Shown here one piece after another: positions 27,400 through 40,609 of a stretch of 48,301 nt of DNA. The translations under genes and the position numbers were made by a program. Each line of letters starts with the position of its first letter. Positions within the stretch are counted from its first letter, which is position 1. The notes beneath the pieces are model-generated. The model was not told the DNA's origin, made no database searches, and saw only the letters and a program-made list of their open reading frames with translations. The stretch is from the NCBI GenBank assembly GCA_008636045.1, contig SNRW01000010.1, positions 1 to 48,301 on the forward strand. The letters are read 5' to 3'. This DNA comes from Streblomastix strix. Taxonomy: Eukaryota.

Positions 27400-28431
27400 C
27401 AATACCCTGTTAAAAGCATTTAAATGCAAATAAGCAGATATTCTTACACATTTATGTGGTTATTTATTCAGCTTCTCTTATTTTTGCAAATTTTAGGTCT
27501 AATAAAGTTGATGGTATTGATTCATAAACTCGATCGCACAAATATCATCAAAGAAAGAAATCAAGAAGGGAAAGATCAGGACTTCTAATAGGCCATTCAA
27601 GGTTCAAACCCTTTCCGATCATGCGTTTACTAAATATATCTTCCAAGAAGATTTTTGTCGATTTGTCTGTATGAGAAGGTGCCCCATCCTTCTAAAAAAA
27701 GATCCATATAATGTTAAAACCCTTGATGTTTTGGTCAACTTAGAACATATCTGCAAAAATCGTCTAGTTTTCCTATTGATCAACAGTACCCATGATAAAT
27801 AAAGGTCCAATTTTCCCTTTTAATAAAAACGTTCACCTGACCATTAGTAATGTTGCCGAATGAGGAATATTTGTTGTTTAGTGAGGGTTACTATGAGAAT
27901 TATAATATCAGTTAAAGGTGTTAAAATGACTAGAATGATCAAAACTGCATTCATCAGATTAATAAATCATATACGGAAAATCATTAATCTCGATCGCCTT
28001 GTCAATAAGAGCTTAACAAGCAGCCTTTCTCGCTGCAAAATCAACTTGTCGTAATTCTTAACAGCGCTATAATCGATAATTATGTATGTGTAAATTCAGT
28101 TTAATACGTTCTGTAGACGTTAACGATAATCATGTCTCTTGTTCAACATCTCTTACTGGCGATGTATTTTTCTTTTCAAAGATGTTCTTCAAACAATGAA
28201 CATTTTCTTATTTTGTTGCAGATTTTTTTCGCCCTGATCTCTCTTTGTCCAATACCGAGCCTGTTTTCTCAAATTTCTTCACCGTGTAAGTGATAAACTG
28301 TCTGTCGGGCTTTTTTTGCTTCTTATCCAGTTTTCGAGAATTTTTTTCGCCGATCAGTACTTGTAGAATAACCTAATTGCTTATATTCTTTCCTTATTTG
28401 TGCGCTCAGTCTGCTTTGCACGTTTTACCAT
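27400..28431 (-). mobile_element. Tc1/mariner-superfamily DD41D (rosa/VS-like) transposase pseudogene
   Basis: KKFEKTGSVLDKERSGRKK, QSDECSF, FFQKDGAPSHT and WPIRSPDLSLLDFFL. I count 41 residues between the 2nd and 3rd Asp. Frameshifts and nonsense lesions are present. Confidence 0.88.
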
Positions 28432-29276
28432 TGAAAAGCAAGTTGATCAGACCCTTAATGAAAAGAACGAAGTCAATTTTTAGGTCTTTTTTGAAAAAAT
28501 CAACAGCTCATTCAAACGATGTTTTTTCTTAAATTTTATTAAATTTTTTTAAAATTAAATACTGGTATATATTATAAGAAATGAAATAATTCAAAATGAA
28601 GAAGTGAGATGGTTATATTTTTTACTATAATTTGATATATTTATTATAAGCATGAATTTTATTAACATAAATCTATTTTTCAAAGTAAAATATCAACATA
28701 TAGAATGTTTAATATTTTTTTTTTATTTTATAAAATAAATTTTTGTGAATTTCGTCTTGTAAAAAGGCCTCCGCGAACGAAAATGACGAATTTTAACTGC
28801 TCTATATTAAAATTAATTTTGTAGAAGAATAGAGGAAAATATTTTTATTTGGACTAACCCATAATGGGTTAGGTCTGGTCTAACTCTGAGTCGTTGGGTT
28901 GGCATCCCCAAAATTATATGCTATTACTCAATTATTTGCATTAAGACGCAAAAATTCTGTACATTTTTGAGATAAATGAAAAATTTATTTACACTTGATT
29001 TTTCTTCGCATACATTGAAATTCAAACTTTAAAAATACATATTTTCAATATAAATTTAAATTATTATTAATTTGAATTCGCCAAATAGTAATAATTAAAG
29101 GAAAATATCGAGTTTTTTCAAATAAAATATTTTTTAAAAATATATTTATATTTTCATGCGTTTTGTAATAAATATATAAAATTTAATTTTAATAATCTGT
29201 GTTATATTATAATATATGTTTAATGAAATATGTCATACCTAAAGTTATACTTTATTTTTCTACTTTTTTTTAGAAA

Positions 29277-32200
29277 ATGAAGATTATTATTGTATTGATT
29301 GTTGCATCATCATTTTGCTTTACCATAGAATCATCTCCTACAAATATTACTATTTCTTGGTTAAATAGAGATTCTCAATCGCCTACTGGACCAACTACAA
29401 GTCCAATTCAAAACTTTGATTGCATTCGGAAATTTGCAAGCATTGTAGAGAAGTCAACTTCTTCCTCATTAATTTCAGATCAAGAATCATTTTCAATTGA
29501 ATCTTGCTCATTTAGTGATGATTACAGTGCGATTACAATAAATGAAAATACAAATATCCTATCACTGATTGAAATTTCTGGTGGAGAGCTTTCACTAACA
29601 AACTGCCAATTTAAGAACATCTATATCGCTTGCAACTCGTTGATTCATTTCGCATCTACATCAACTGGACTCACTATGAATAATTGCATATTCAGGAGTA
29701 TTACTATATGGACCCTTTAAGAGATATCAAGTTCAACAATAATACCATGTGCAGTTATTTATATACAAATACCTAAAATTACATCAACAGCTTCAGTTGG
29801 ACCATAGATAAGCATTCTTGAGTCGTAGTTTGAATAAATCAATCTGGGTTACACTGAAGGTACTTCATCTGACAATCTTTAAGTTGGATTAGATACTATC
29901 TCAGACTTTGCTCCAATAATAATTGAAATATATCCAAATTCATCAGAAACAGAAAACTATGGTACAAGTACTTGTGAATTAAAAAGGTGTCAATTCCAAG
30001 TTACATAAGGAAGTCATTCTGGAGCAATAACAATTCATGGCAACATTGGCACTATCAGAATGTCACAATCGCACTTCATAAGAACAGTAGCTGAATTTGG
30101 TACATAGTATATAGATGCAGTCTATGCATAAGTGCTCTATATGGATACAGTCGATATGGTACCTTCCCTTATTCAAGCTAACTTCATACAGTGCTATGCA
30201 GATACGACCTCACCATAGGTAGCTATAGATGGTGGCAGTGATGACATATCAGGAGCATTTGAAGATAGATTGAAAGTGTACAATCTTGATATTAATGTCG
30301 ATCTTACAGGAAGAGATTAGGATAGTGTTGGTACAACTGATAATCCATTCCGTACACTGAGTGGAGCTGTTTGGGCTTCGAATATGAAGTAATCTCGCTT
30401 CTTGGAAGGTAATGTAGACAATGGGAGGAGCCCTGTTACAATCAAGGTTAATGAAGGATTCTATGAGGAAGAAAGAATAAAAATATATACAGAGACTGCT
30501 CAAATATCTGGAAAAGTTGATGCTAGTAATGATTGGAAGACTAATATATCAAATATAAAAGTCAATACTGGAGTTTCTGATGCTTGTTTGATAACTATTC
30601 CTGTAGATAATGAAAAATGCCTACTATCAATCATGAGTATATCATTCCATCAAATAGTATAATTTGCAACTAATCCACAACCAACTGTAAATTAATATGG
30701 ATTTCTTGAAATAGGATAAGGAATAGTGAGTATTATTAATTGCAGATTCTAATAAGAGAATGTTGGAACTCCAAGCATGTGCCCCATGATTCATATTCTC
30801 TGTCCAGGTGTAATAATGGAGAAATGCTTGTTCTAAAATGCAGCATTTAAATAGGATGCATCTGCTGATATAAGTTCTGAAGCAGTGCTTATTGATAAAT
30901 TAGGAGGTGTATAATTATTAGATTGTTCATTTACTTCCATAACTGGGATGACACTTCGTGCTAAAGAGAGATAATATAAAGATGATCTAATATTTTCTTC
31001 CTGTTCTTTCACATCATGTACAACTGATAGTAACTCTCCAATTGTAATCGAATCAGTATTTGAAAGATCAACTGATGCAATATATATTCATTATGCTGCC
31101 ATTTGCACTACAGTTACATTTACCAAATGTCAGTTCACTAATTGTATTGGAGATAAATCTGGAGCTGTTGAATTACTTGGCACGCTGATTATTTTCTCTT
31201 TTACGGGATGCTAATTCAATAGTAACTCAGGAAACACTGCAAGAAATGTATATATTAATCTTGAAGATGCAACATCATCAACAAATATTTATGGATCTTA
31301 AATGATTCCTTATTCATTTGGTGGTTGTACTGATACAGTCAAATCGGGATCATCCACTTATGGAATATATAGCTCTGATTAATCAGCATTGGATTTCGCT
31401 TCAGTAATCTCAGCTGATAAAAATAAGCATAAAGAATCATATGTCAGAACTTCTGGAAGTGATGCAAATGAAGGTACTTCAGAAAGGCCTTATGCAACTA
31501 TAGCAAAAGCTCTTCTTGATTCCAATGCAGGCCCAGATCAGATTATTCAAGTTACAATTGGAAGAGGAGTATATGATGATGATTTCTCTTAGATTGGAGC
31601 AAGAGGTGTTCTTCTGATTGGTAATGGAACTAATTCAACTGTTCTTTAGAATTAGATAGCATTATAAAAATAGCTTGCATGTATTGTAGGTGGATCTCTA
31701 GAACTACAATCTCTGTCAGTTAATCATTCATCAATTAACAAAGCATATGGGGGTCTTATCATTATGCGAGGTGCTGGATAACTCATAATGAAGAATCTGA
31801 TCATATAACAGAATGATGCTGAACAAGAGCAGATAACAAGTATAATATATGCTACTGCAGGAGATATATATCTTGAGAATGTCTCTGTCACATATGTTAA
31901 ATTCAGTAACTCAGTGTAGCAAACTTCTGAGAATAAATCAATGTATGCTGCAGCTATATATTGCACAGACTTTGTTGGTAATGTTGTACTCAATGGATCT
32001 TCCTTCTCACAGATGATAACATATGACAAACAATCCCCATTGAAGAATGTGGTGGACTATGAAGGTGGAGCAATAGTTATAGAAAGCGCACATTCATTCT
32101 CAGCTAATAGTTGTCGATTCTCTCAGATTGATGGATGGAGAGTAGGTGCAATAATAATTAGAAAACTGACTGTGCCAAATATAACGATAAGTAACTGTGT

Positions 32201-33931
32201 GTTTGATCACAACCGTGCACGAATGAATGATTATATCACAGACCTTATGAATAAAATATACGTAGGAAGTGATTTGGTCCTTGATCATGAATTCATCAGG
32301 AGTAACATTGATGGTAAAATAACTAATAGTTCTTCTACATCGACTTTCCCACTAATTGGATCCATCCATGACCAATTCTGTTATGGTGTGTTTGATTATA
32401 TGCTCCGCTCTCTTAATACAGACAGCCTCTATGTGAGTAATAATGGAAGCAACGAACAAGGAACAGGAGAATAGACATCACCATTCAAGACAATTGAATA
32501 CGCAATTTCTGTTGCATCGTCATCTGCAGATCGATAAGCGGTAATTATGCTTGAAGAAGGAGTTTTTTCAGAGCGTCTTATAATGATAGGAGGCAGATTA
32601 TTAGGATTCTAAGGGGTTTCATAAAGGGATGATGGTTCTACTACAAATTCATCTACAGATTAACCTGGGTTAACATAATTGTCAAGTAATTAAGATACTG
32701 GTTAAGATTTTTTCACTGTCTATAATGGAAGTCTTTCTCTTACCATGCTTGTTCTGACAGCTGATAATTCTGATTCAATGAGCAATAAGAGGTTTTACTT
32801 CATACATTTGTATGGGCAGGAAAGTAGATTCACTTCTGAATCGTGCATATTCTTAGTCTCTGATCCGAAAGTTTGTAAATAAATATATATTTTTAATTAT
32901 AATATTTTTTATCGATTTTTATATTTCATAATATTATATTATATTAATAATCGTTTATCATTATAAATACTTTCAGACTCACATTCTTTGTCAGTATATC
33001 ATGGCAGACAATGGAGCCAACATCTCAATGAAAGAAACAACCTTCCAGAAGATCATAACTATGGACATATCAGTTATGCGTGTTTCAGTGTACAGCAATC
33101 CACTCTCATTAACAAATGTAACTTTCTCAAACAATTAAGTGCAGAAAGTGACAGCTGGATCACTTAAGATAGAGTAATTTGATACCGGCACAGTCTTGCT
33201 TGAAGGATGCAACTTCTAATTCTGCGTTTCACTAACTGATGATTTCTGGGGGACTTAGATTTTTGGAGCAGGGATCACTTTGATTTTCAATTCACAAGCA
33301 TAATCAGGATAAGTTACTTTTCGAGAATGCAGATTTGATACATGTGTTGGAGACTGTTGTGGAGCTTTGACTGTATAAGGGCCTTAATCCTGTCTGAATT
33401 CTGGTGGATTGGTTTTTTAGTAGTGTCTGTTCATATCAAACATCGCCTGTAGTAGTCGAAGATTCCCTGATGCTGTCAGAGCAAATGATATCTATTTTGA
33501 TATTCCTGGATTTTTGGATTTCATATAATCACAAACTGATGAAAGCGCAATGTTCAGTGGCTGCACATCATTATCTAACGCTCCACAAATTAATATTAAA
33601 TCGAATGAAGATAAAATTAATTTGGATAGATATCTTGTCACAGCTGGGAGTAATTCATCTTAATTAATACACCCAAAAGATGTTATTGTATCTGGTTCAA
33701 AAGGAAGTGATTCAAATACTGGAGGAGCTGGTGATCCAATCAAAACAATATAATATGGATATTCGTTTGTGAGCAAAGGAGTTAATACATTAAGTACAGT
33801 AACTGTTGAACTTGGTATATATCATGAATCTCTTATATAGACTAGTGACTGTCATTTAGTGATTAAAGGAAGAGGATATCATAATACAATAGGTATTCAT
33901 TAATAATAATTATTATATTATATATTTATTC

Positions 33932-33998
<67 letters not shown>

Positions 33999-36900
33999 TT
34001 ATTTATTTTCTTATAATATCAATCATTCAAGTTATTAATGATCTAATGCCAGATTTCTCATTCATCTGGAGCGAGAGTGGGACAGACTTAACTTTCTCAG
34101 ATATGAAAGTTATTTAATGCCCCACCGACAACACAGGATCTCCAACATTTGATGTATCACCAGGAGCATATCTGATGATCAAACGTTGTGTTCTGACTCA
34201 CGATCAAGAAATTGAAAATATGGATGAAGCAACAAGACCCAAATATAAATCTCCTTTCTTCCGTATGCGCAGAGCGAGTGGAGGTCTTTTCAGTGTTATT
34301 TTGCATAGTGCTACTTTTGATGATACATATGCTATTCATATTGATGCTGAAGAAGATGATTTTGATTGGGACGATTTTAGAAGTGATCTTCTTCCATTTA
34401 CCTCTCAAGACTAATGCAATAGTTGCTTTTAATATAGTACATCATCTATTACTTGCACAACTGCAAATACTGATATTTAAAATAATAACAATAATGAATA
34501 ATATGATATAGACACTTAAGAATCATCTTATAATAAAAATATAATTGAAAATAGAATGAGTAATAATTTGAGAAAAAGGAAAAATTCAAGAAACGATGAT
34601 GGAACATTAATGGATCCGCTTTAAATGGATCTATTTAATTTAACTGTAATGAATGTATATCCATCTAATCTAACAAGGCCAATAATCAAGTTTGGTGTAA
34701 CTCCTCGTACTAATATACTAGTTTGATATATTTATCGAATATAAATTATTGTTATCTGATTCGATTAATCAAATTATATTTATTTTTTAATATATTTTTT
34801 CTATATTATTTTATAATATTATTTATTATTAAAAGGTAAATAACAGTTTATTCTATCACCATAACTATATTGAGATAGCTTTAGGACCATCTGTAACTGA
34901 AGGCTTTTCAACGATTGGAGCTGTTAGATTCACAAGATGCAGATTTATTAAGATGGGGGAACCTCCAGAAAATAGAGCGTATTTTTATACTAATTATTAT
35001 AATTCATTTACGTAATTATAATTATAATTATAATTATAATATACATATATGTCATATTTATCAATTCATTTATCTTTTAATAATTCTTATCATTATCTTA
35101 ATTCTAATCAGATGCACAAAAGTTTCACCTCAAACATGTGAACGTCCAGCTGTAGGTGCAATTCTTGTATATGAGGCTTAATATGGTGATGACAGAAGTT
35201 TATATGCAACTAAGCAGCCTTGGAGGAAAAATTGCCAGGCTAGGCTAGGATAAGCACTATTTCAGTGTGTATATAATTGTTAGTTTGAATTGATCTGGAA
35301 TAAAAATTAAATATTAGCTTTAATAGAAATAAATTAATATTAAATTATTAACAATTTTTATTGATAATTTTAATATTTATTTTAATATTTTATTAGTTTA
35401 TGCTTCTTTTCTGAATGTGTTGGAGAAATGGTTGATGGAATAGCAGTAGAAAAAGAATATTTAAAAGTGATTCCCTGGATTATCGGAGACAATACCACAA
35501 TCAGCAATTCAAATTTCCTGGAGTCACATTTCATTAGATCTCATTATTGGACAGGATCAAATTCTTCATAAACTATACGTAGTGGATTATCTATAGCATC
35601 TGTTATATTAGAAGCTCGTTCAGATGAAGTAGCTATTGATAAATCACAAAATTATGAACTTCTTCTTACTTCAGGAAATGATAATTTCTTTATTAACGTT
35701 AATACTGAAGAATAATCATAAACACTAAGCCAAATTTCTCCAACAGATGTTTCAATTGAATAAATATTTGGAGGTGATTTGCTCTCATAGCGTGTGTACG
35801 AAATGAGTTTGACTGATTAATCTAAATTTGATATAACACTGAATAAAGGAATATACGAAGAGTTATGCATTGTCGGATATTGTATGAATAATATATATTT
35901 GTTTTTTATATATTTTTATTTAAGTAGTATAAATATACAATTTTTTTATTATTCATTTTTATTATATCAATTTTTTAGTTGGAGAATTTAATGTAAAATC
36001 ATCGGATGGACTTTCTTAGACAGATGTTATAATAAGAGGAAAAAATTCAACATCTGAATTTGTTTAATAATTATTTTAATAAAAATTAATGATAAATTAT
36101 ATAATATTTAGTTATTTGTTTTAAATCTTAAATTATAATTTCAATATATTATTTATTTATTATTTATTATTTATTTATTATTTATTTATTTATTATAATT
36201 ATAGGTATTAACAGATGATGGATATTTCGTAGATCCATACTTTTACTCCCTCATATCGCTTGAAATTGACATGAATATGACATTAATAAAACTAACGCTT
36301 GAACACTTCAATCTTCCAACGGAACAGCCCATTGTTCAGATTCGTGATAGAAGTGAAATTCACACAGATTATGTTCTGGTAAGACCAAGTACCAAATCTG
36401 ATGGAGAAGTTGTATAAAGAGCTCCAACTTTTTGCGCATTTTCTGGTTTAGTTGAATTGAAACATACAATTATTGAAATAATTCATTTGGAAGCTGTTGC
36501 AATATTTAAGACGATGCATGAAGATGGAATGGATGTATTTCCATATGATAGAACTGAAGCAATTTTAACAAACTCAGGAATCATTAATGTTGTAAGAAAT
36601 GTTGGGATAGGAACTGCAGGCAATTCTATTGGGTTTAATCTTACTTTTATTGATTGTGATCTTACTCATCCAGATAATTCTAAATCAGGAAGAAATAGTT
36701 ATCTAAACAGCAACAACTAATCAACCTCTCATACCAATTCCAATTCGTCCTCTCATACTCATACTCATAATCACAAATATTCAAGAAAAGATTCAAAGCT
36801 TCAATAAACTAAATTCCTGAATGAAGGAGAAGAAGGAGAAGTACCAGAACCTCCTCTTGTTCCCAGCTGTGGATGGGAGTCTGGATATATTCGTATGCAA

Positions 36901-38040
36901 GGAGGAAATTTAAGAATTGAAGGAAAAACTGATATCGCTTATCTTCGAAAAGGCGGTTTATCACTCTTCAATACAACTGTTTTCCTTGGTCCAGATGTCA
37001 GGTTCCACCTGAACAAAGAAAACGTCAATATTCCTGAAAATTAAACCTTTGACGCATTATCACGTAAGAATATAGCATGTGGTTGGGGAGCATCAATTGA
37101 AGCATCATTTGAGACGTTTAATGAAGAAGGACTTGAGAGTGATGCATTATGGATACATCGTACTAATGAAGGTGAAGGATTATTTCCTGCTTAATGTGAG
37201 TTAAAAGGTGAAATTGCTGGTGTTACTGCAACGCTTTTTAAACCCACATTATCAAACGTTGTAGGAGATTTGAGCAAAGATAAGCAAGGCTCAGATATTA
37301 CATTCATTGGACACAATCTCATTAAATGTGAAATGATTAAGTATCAGATATGTGAAAAACCAGGAAAGGATGGAATAATAGATGAAACACACTGTATGAA
37401 GGGGATACTTGAGGCTGGAGCTTTGAAATGGGACAATGAAGTCGAAGCGACAGTTCAGACAAGGTTCAAGGTTGTCCGTAAGTGGAAAACTATGAGAGTG
37501 AAACTGATGTATGCAAATGTTGGTGAAACTGAAAGCTTTGATGTCAGTATTGAGAAGATGACTACTGGTATTATTATTATATGAATAAATGGAATAATAT
37601 TTGAAAAATTTTATAAATATGATATTAACCATATATTATTATTATATATATTTTTATTCACTATTTACTTATCATATTTTTTCCCTAATTATTCATATAT
37701 TAATTAGGAATGATTGCTCTAATGGTGATTCTTACTGTGATTATTCTTGCTGTTTCTATTGGAGGACTCATAACCGTATATCTCTATTATAGATATAGAC
37801 AGCATAAAATAGAAGATGCCAGGAAAAAAGAATTGCAGGTATTTATTATTAATATCATATATTATAAATATCTATTATATGATTAATTAAATAAATATCT
37901 TTAAAATTATTATTTTATTTACAATTTTTAAGGAAATGGGACTGGATCGACAATCGTATCCAGATCAAATGAATAATATGAACGTATCCAATGAATATGG
38001 TATAAGTTTAATGCAACCTATGAATTCTGATTATAATTGA
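29277..38040 (+). CDS. Large type I membrane surface protein with parallel beta-helix (pectin-lyase/Pmp-like) repeats
   Basis: Signal peptide MKIIIVLIVASSFCF; many C.F..C and (G)GAI repeats; four G.D...G....PF.TI..A motifs (~30310, 31450, 32440, 33700). About nine introns (e.g. 32871-32976, 33893-34031). TM helix MIALMVILTVIILAVSIGGLITVYLYY followed by RYRQHK and a short tail. TGA at 38038-38040. Confidence 0.85.
33932..33994. repeat. (TTA)n microsatellite inside an intron
   Basis: About 20 uninterrupted TTA units within intron 33893-34031. Confidence 0.9.
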
Positions 38041-38282
38041 TATTCTAACTGCCCTTTTTTCTGTGAAAACGATTTTATTACGGTTATATTTTATTTTGTT
38101 CAATAAGAGTATTGATATTCAGGAGAGTTTTTAGGTTAATACGCTTTAATAACAATAATAACATTCAAACCTCTTTAGTATCATTATTTTTAATTTGGGT
38201 GAAATTTACTAATATTTACGGTGATTCTTTAATTTGAAATATATCTTTTGTTCCAAAACTTGTCTTTTGTTTGTTATATATA

Positions 38283-38572
38283 TTTCAATTTTATTTTTTC
38301 CATTCACTTTCAATTTTATTTTTTCCATTCACTTTCAATTTTATTTTATCGTTTCTATAATTCAAATTCCGTTTCATTCACTTTCAATTTTATTTTTTTC
38401 ATTCGCTTTCAATTTTATTTTATCGTTTCTATAATTCAAATTCCGTTTCATTCACTTTCAATTTTATTTTTTTCATTCGCTTTCAATTTTATTTTATCGT
38501 TTCTATAATTCAAATTCCGTTTCATTCACTTTCAATTTTATTTTATCTTTACTGTAATTCAAATTCCGTTTC
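38283..38572. repeat. 74-bp tandem repeat built from ~25-bp CATTCACTTTCAATTTTATTTT subunits
   Basis: GTTTCTATAATTCAAATTCCGTTTCA recurs at 38351, 38425 and 38499, with a diverged partial copy at ~38550. Confidence 0.9.
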
Positions 38573-39115
38573 ATAGTTATAAATGTCCTTTCTTAACTTT
38601 TTATCAGAAATTTCCTATTATTCTTAATTAATATTGATACTAATAAAACCTTAATTTTGAAAAAAAATCTACATTTCTGATTTATTTCCACAAAATCCGC
38701 TTGTGACTAAGGATGTTATTTTGACAAAACTCCGTGACATTTTGACAAAAATGTGTAACATACCTGATATCGAAGATAAACTGATGTAAGATACCAAAAT
38801 AAACTATTCTAATCTCCACAATATGCGGCGCACGACATCCTCTTTGGGGGCGCGGCTCCATCAATGAAAACGCATTAAAAATTGATTATCCAATGACGCA
38901 TTTTTTCCATCTCAATTTTTAGTTATTTTTTATATATATAAGGTTACCATATATCAAATTGAACTGATCATTATATTTATTATTATGCACAACCCTTAAA
39001 TACATAACATTCAGTTTATGCGCTATTAAATATAAATAAATATTATTTACGATGCTATGCTGTATTTAAATTAACATATTTATCACAATAACTGATTTTT
39101 ACATACAATAGTAGT

Positions 39116-39323
39116 AGTATTGTAAGAAGAAGTTCGCCCTAACCTATAATACAATTGATTTATCCGCGTAATCTCGGATAAATAAAATCGATTCACTCAT
39201 ATTTATTCATTCCGTATGCTTTCGCATCCCTCATTCATAAATATTCATGTCCAATTTTATTTATACACGAGATTACGAAATCAATTGCATTATAAGTTAT
39301 TGCGAACTTTTTCTTATAATACT
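39116..39323. repeat. Long imperfect palindrome/hairpin (~208 bp)
   Basis: AGTATTGTAAGAAGAAGTTCGC…CAATTGATTT…CGTAATCTCG…ATAAATAAAAT pairs with ATTTTATTTAT…CGAGATTACG…AAATCAATTG…GCGAACTTTTTCTTATAATACT. The centre is ATGC-TTTC-GCAT at 39216-39227. Confidence 0.9.
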
Positions 39324-39773
39324 TATACAACATTACTGGCTCCATATATATTATAATTAAAAAAAATAAAAAATTAAAAAAAGTTAGCGTTGTTTATAAA
39401 TTTAATTCACTTTTTATCAACAATAAAAATTGACTGCAAACCTTTCAAACGTATAATCCAATGAACATCATTAAATAAAACGAAGTAAGTTAAGTATTGA
39501 CTGTGAAAATAAGTTTATGCAAACAATGAAAGCTGAAAATTAAAATGAAAATGATATAATTCAATAAAAATTCTAATCAAATTTTCTTTAAAATATCGAA
39601 TAAATTTTACCAAATAATAACATTGAGGTTGATAAAAATAAAAATTTTAACAAAAAAAATATTTAAACAGAATTAATTAATAATAAATTACAAAAATTTT
39701 TCAATATTCATTGTCAAACAAAAATATAATAAAAAATAATATAAAAAATAAAATAATTAATGATCATAATAAT

Positions 39774-40166
39774 GGGTCAGTTCCGATGGTGTCATTAAAG
39801 CGTAACAAACAGGATAACTGGAGATGAATATAATTCAATATATGTATAAATTGAACTGTATATATTAATTTAACAGTAACTAATTCTCAAAATAACAAAA
39901 ATAAAGCATTTTACAAAGAAAATATAAAATTACCAATTTTTTTATATCTTTAAGAAATTAAAATTTTAAATAGAAATTTAATTTTAGCTTAAATTATTTA
40001 TGAAAAATTAAATTTTTAGAAGCAATGTCTAAATAGTTGTTAAATAAATTTCCTTAAAAAGTATGTTTAGACATTGTAATTTATGAATTATTTAATTTAC
40101 AAAATTTAGTTCCAATATTTTTATTACAGCTAAAGCTAAAAATAATGCTACCATAGGAATTGACCC
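39774..40166. mobile_element. MITE copy 2 (393 bp, AAT target-site duplication)
   Basis: aat|GGGTCAGTTCCGATGGT … ACCATAGGAATTGACCC|aat. Same TIR and nearly the same length as 23982-24373. Confidence 0.85.
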
Positions 40167-40180
40167 AATATGGATTTAGC

Positions 40181-40595
40181 TAGGGAATGTTTACGCCGGC
40201 GCTTAGGACCTTTTTCCGCACAAACTGCGCTCCCATTGCGCGGGAATAATATAAGAAAAGATGAAAAAAATCAATAAAAAAATTTTTCAAAAATTTAATT
40301 TTTTATTTTTTCTTAAAAAGATTTTTTTTGTTTAATTAAATCTTAATAAAATATATATTTCGATTTATTATTCTAATATTGTTGCATTTGAAACAAAAAA
40401 ATTACCAATTTAAGAGAAGTAAATTAAAATTCAATATTATTTCAATTTCATCAAATAAGTGCGCACATGGAGAAATTATCATAATTTTATTATAAATATA
40501 TTATATAACTATAATTAATAAGAAAATATATAGCGCGCATAAATATCATTTTTCGCCGCAAAAAGCCAAATATTTTGCGGCGGAAAAATCCCCTA
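40181..40595. mobile_element. Candidate second MITE with TAGGG-initiated (hAT-like) imperfect TIRs
   Basis: TAGGGAATGTTTACGCCG versus the reverse complement of the right end, TAGGGGATTTTTCCGCCG (15/18 match). Subterminal hairpin CGCCGCAAAA…TTTTGCGGCG. No TSD visible. Confidence 0.45.
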
Positions 40596-40609
40596 CTGAG
40601 AAAAAAAAT

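Noticed and set aside
21400..28431. In-frame TGAs in viral and transposon ORFs as evidence for UGA recoding
   Set aside because: These ORFs also carry frameshifts and TGAs at expected Gly positions (e.g. DFFL-TGA-TGA-YL for WG), so ordinary decay explains them.
28854..28872. Palindrome CTAACCCAT-A-ATGGGTTAG resembling a telomeric repeat seed
   Set aside because: Single 9-bp-arm palindrome with no tandem telomeric array.
38234..38572. CRISPR-like array or F/I-rich ORFs in the repeat
   Set aside because: The units are contiguous with no unique spacers, there are no cas genes, and the ORFs are repeat artefacts.
40550..40600. Helitron 3' end (GC hairpin followed by CTAC)
   Set aside because: The terminus is not CTRR and no Rep/helicase is present; a TIR pairing with 40181 explains it better.
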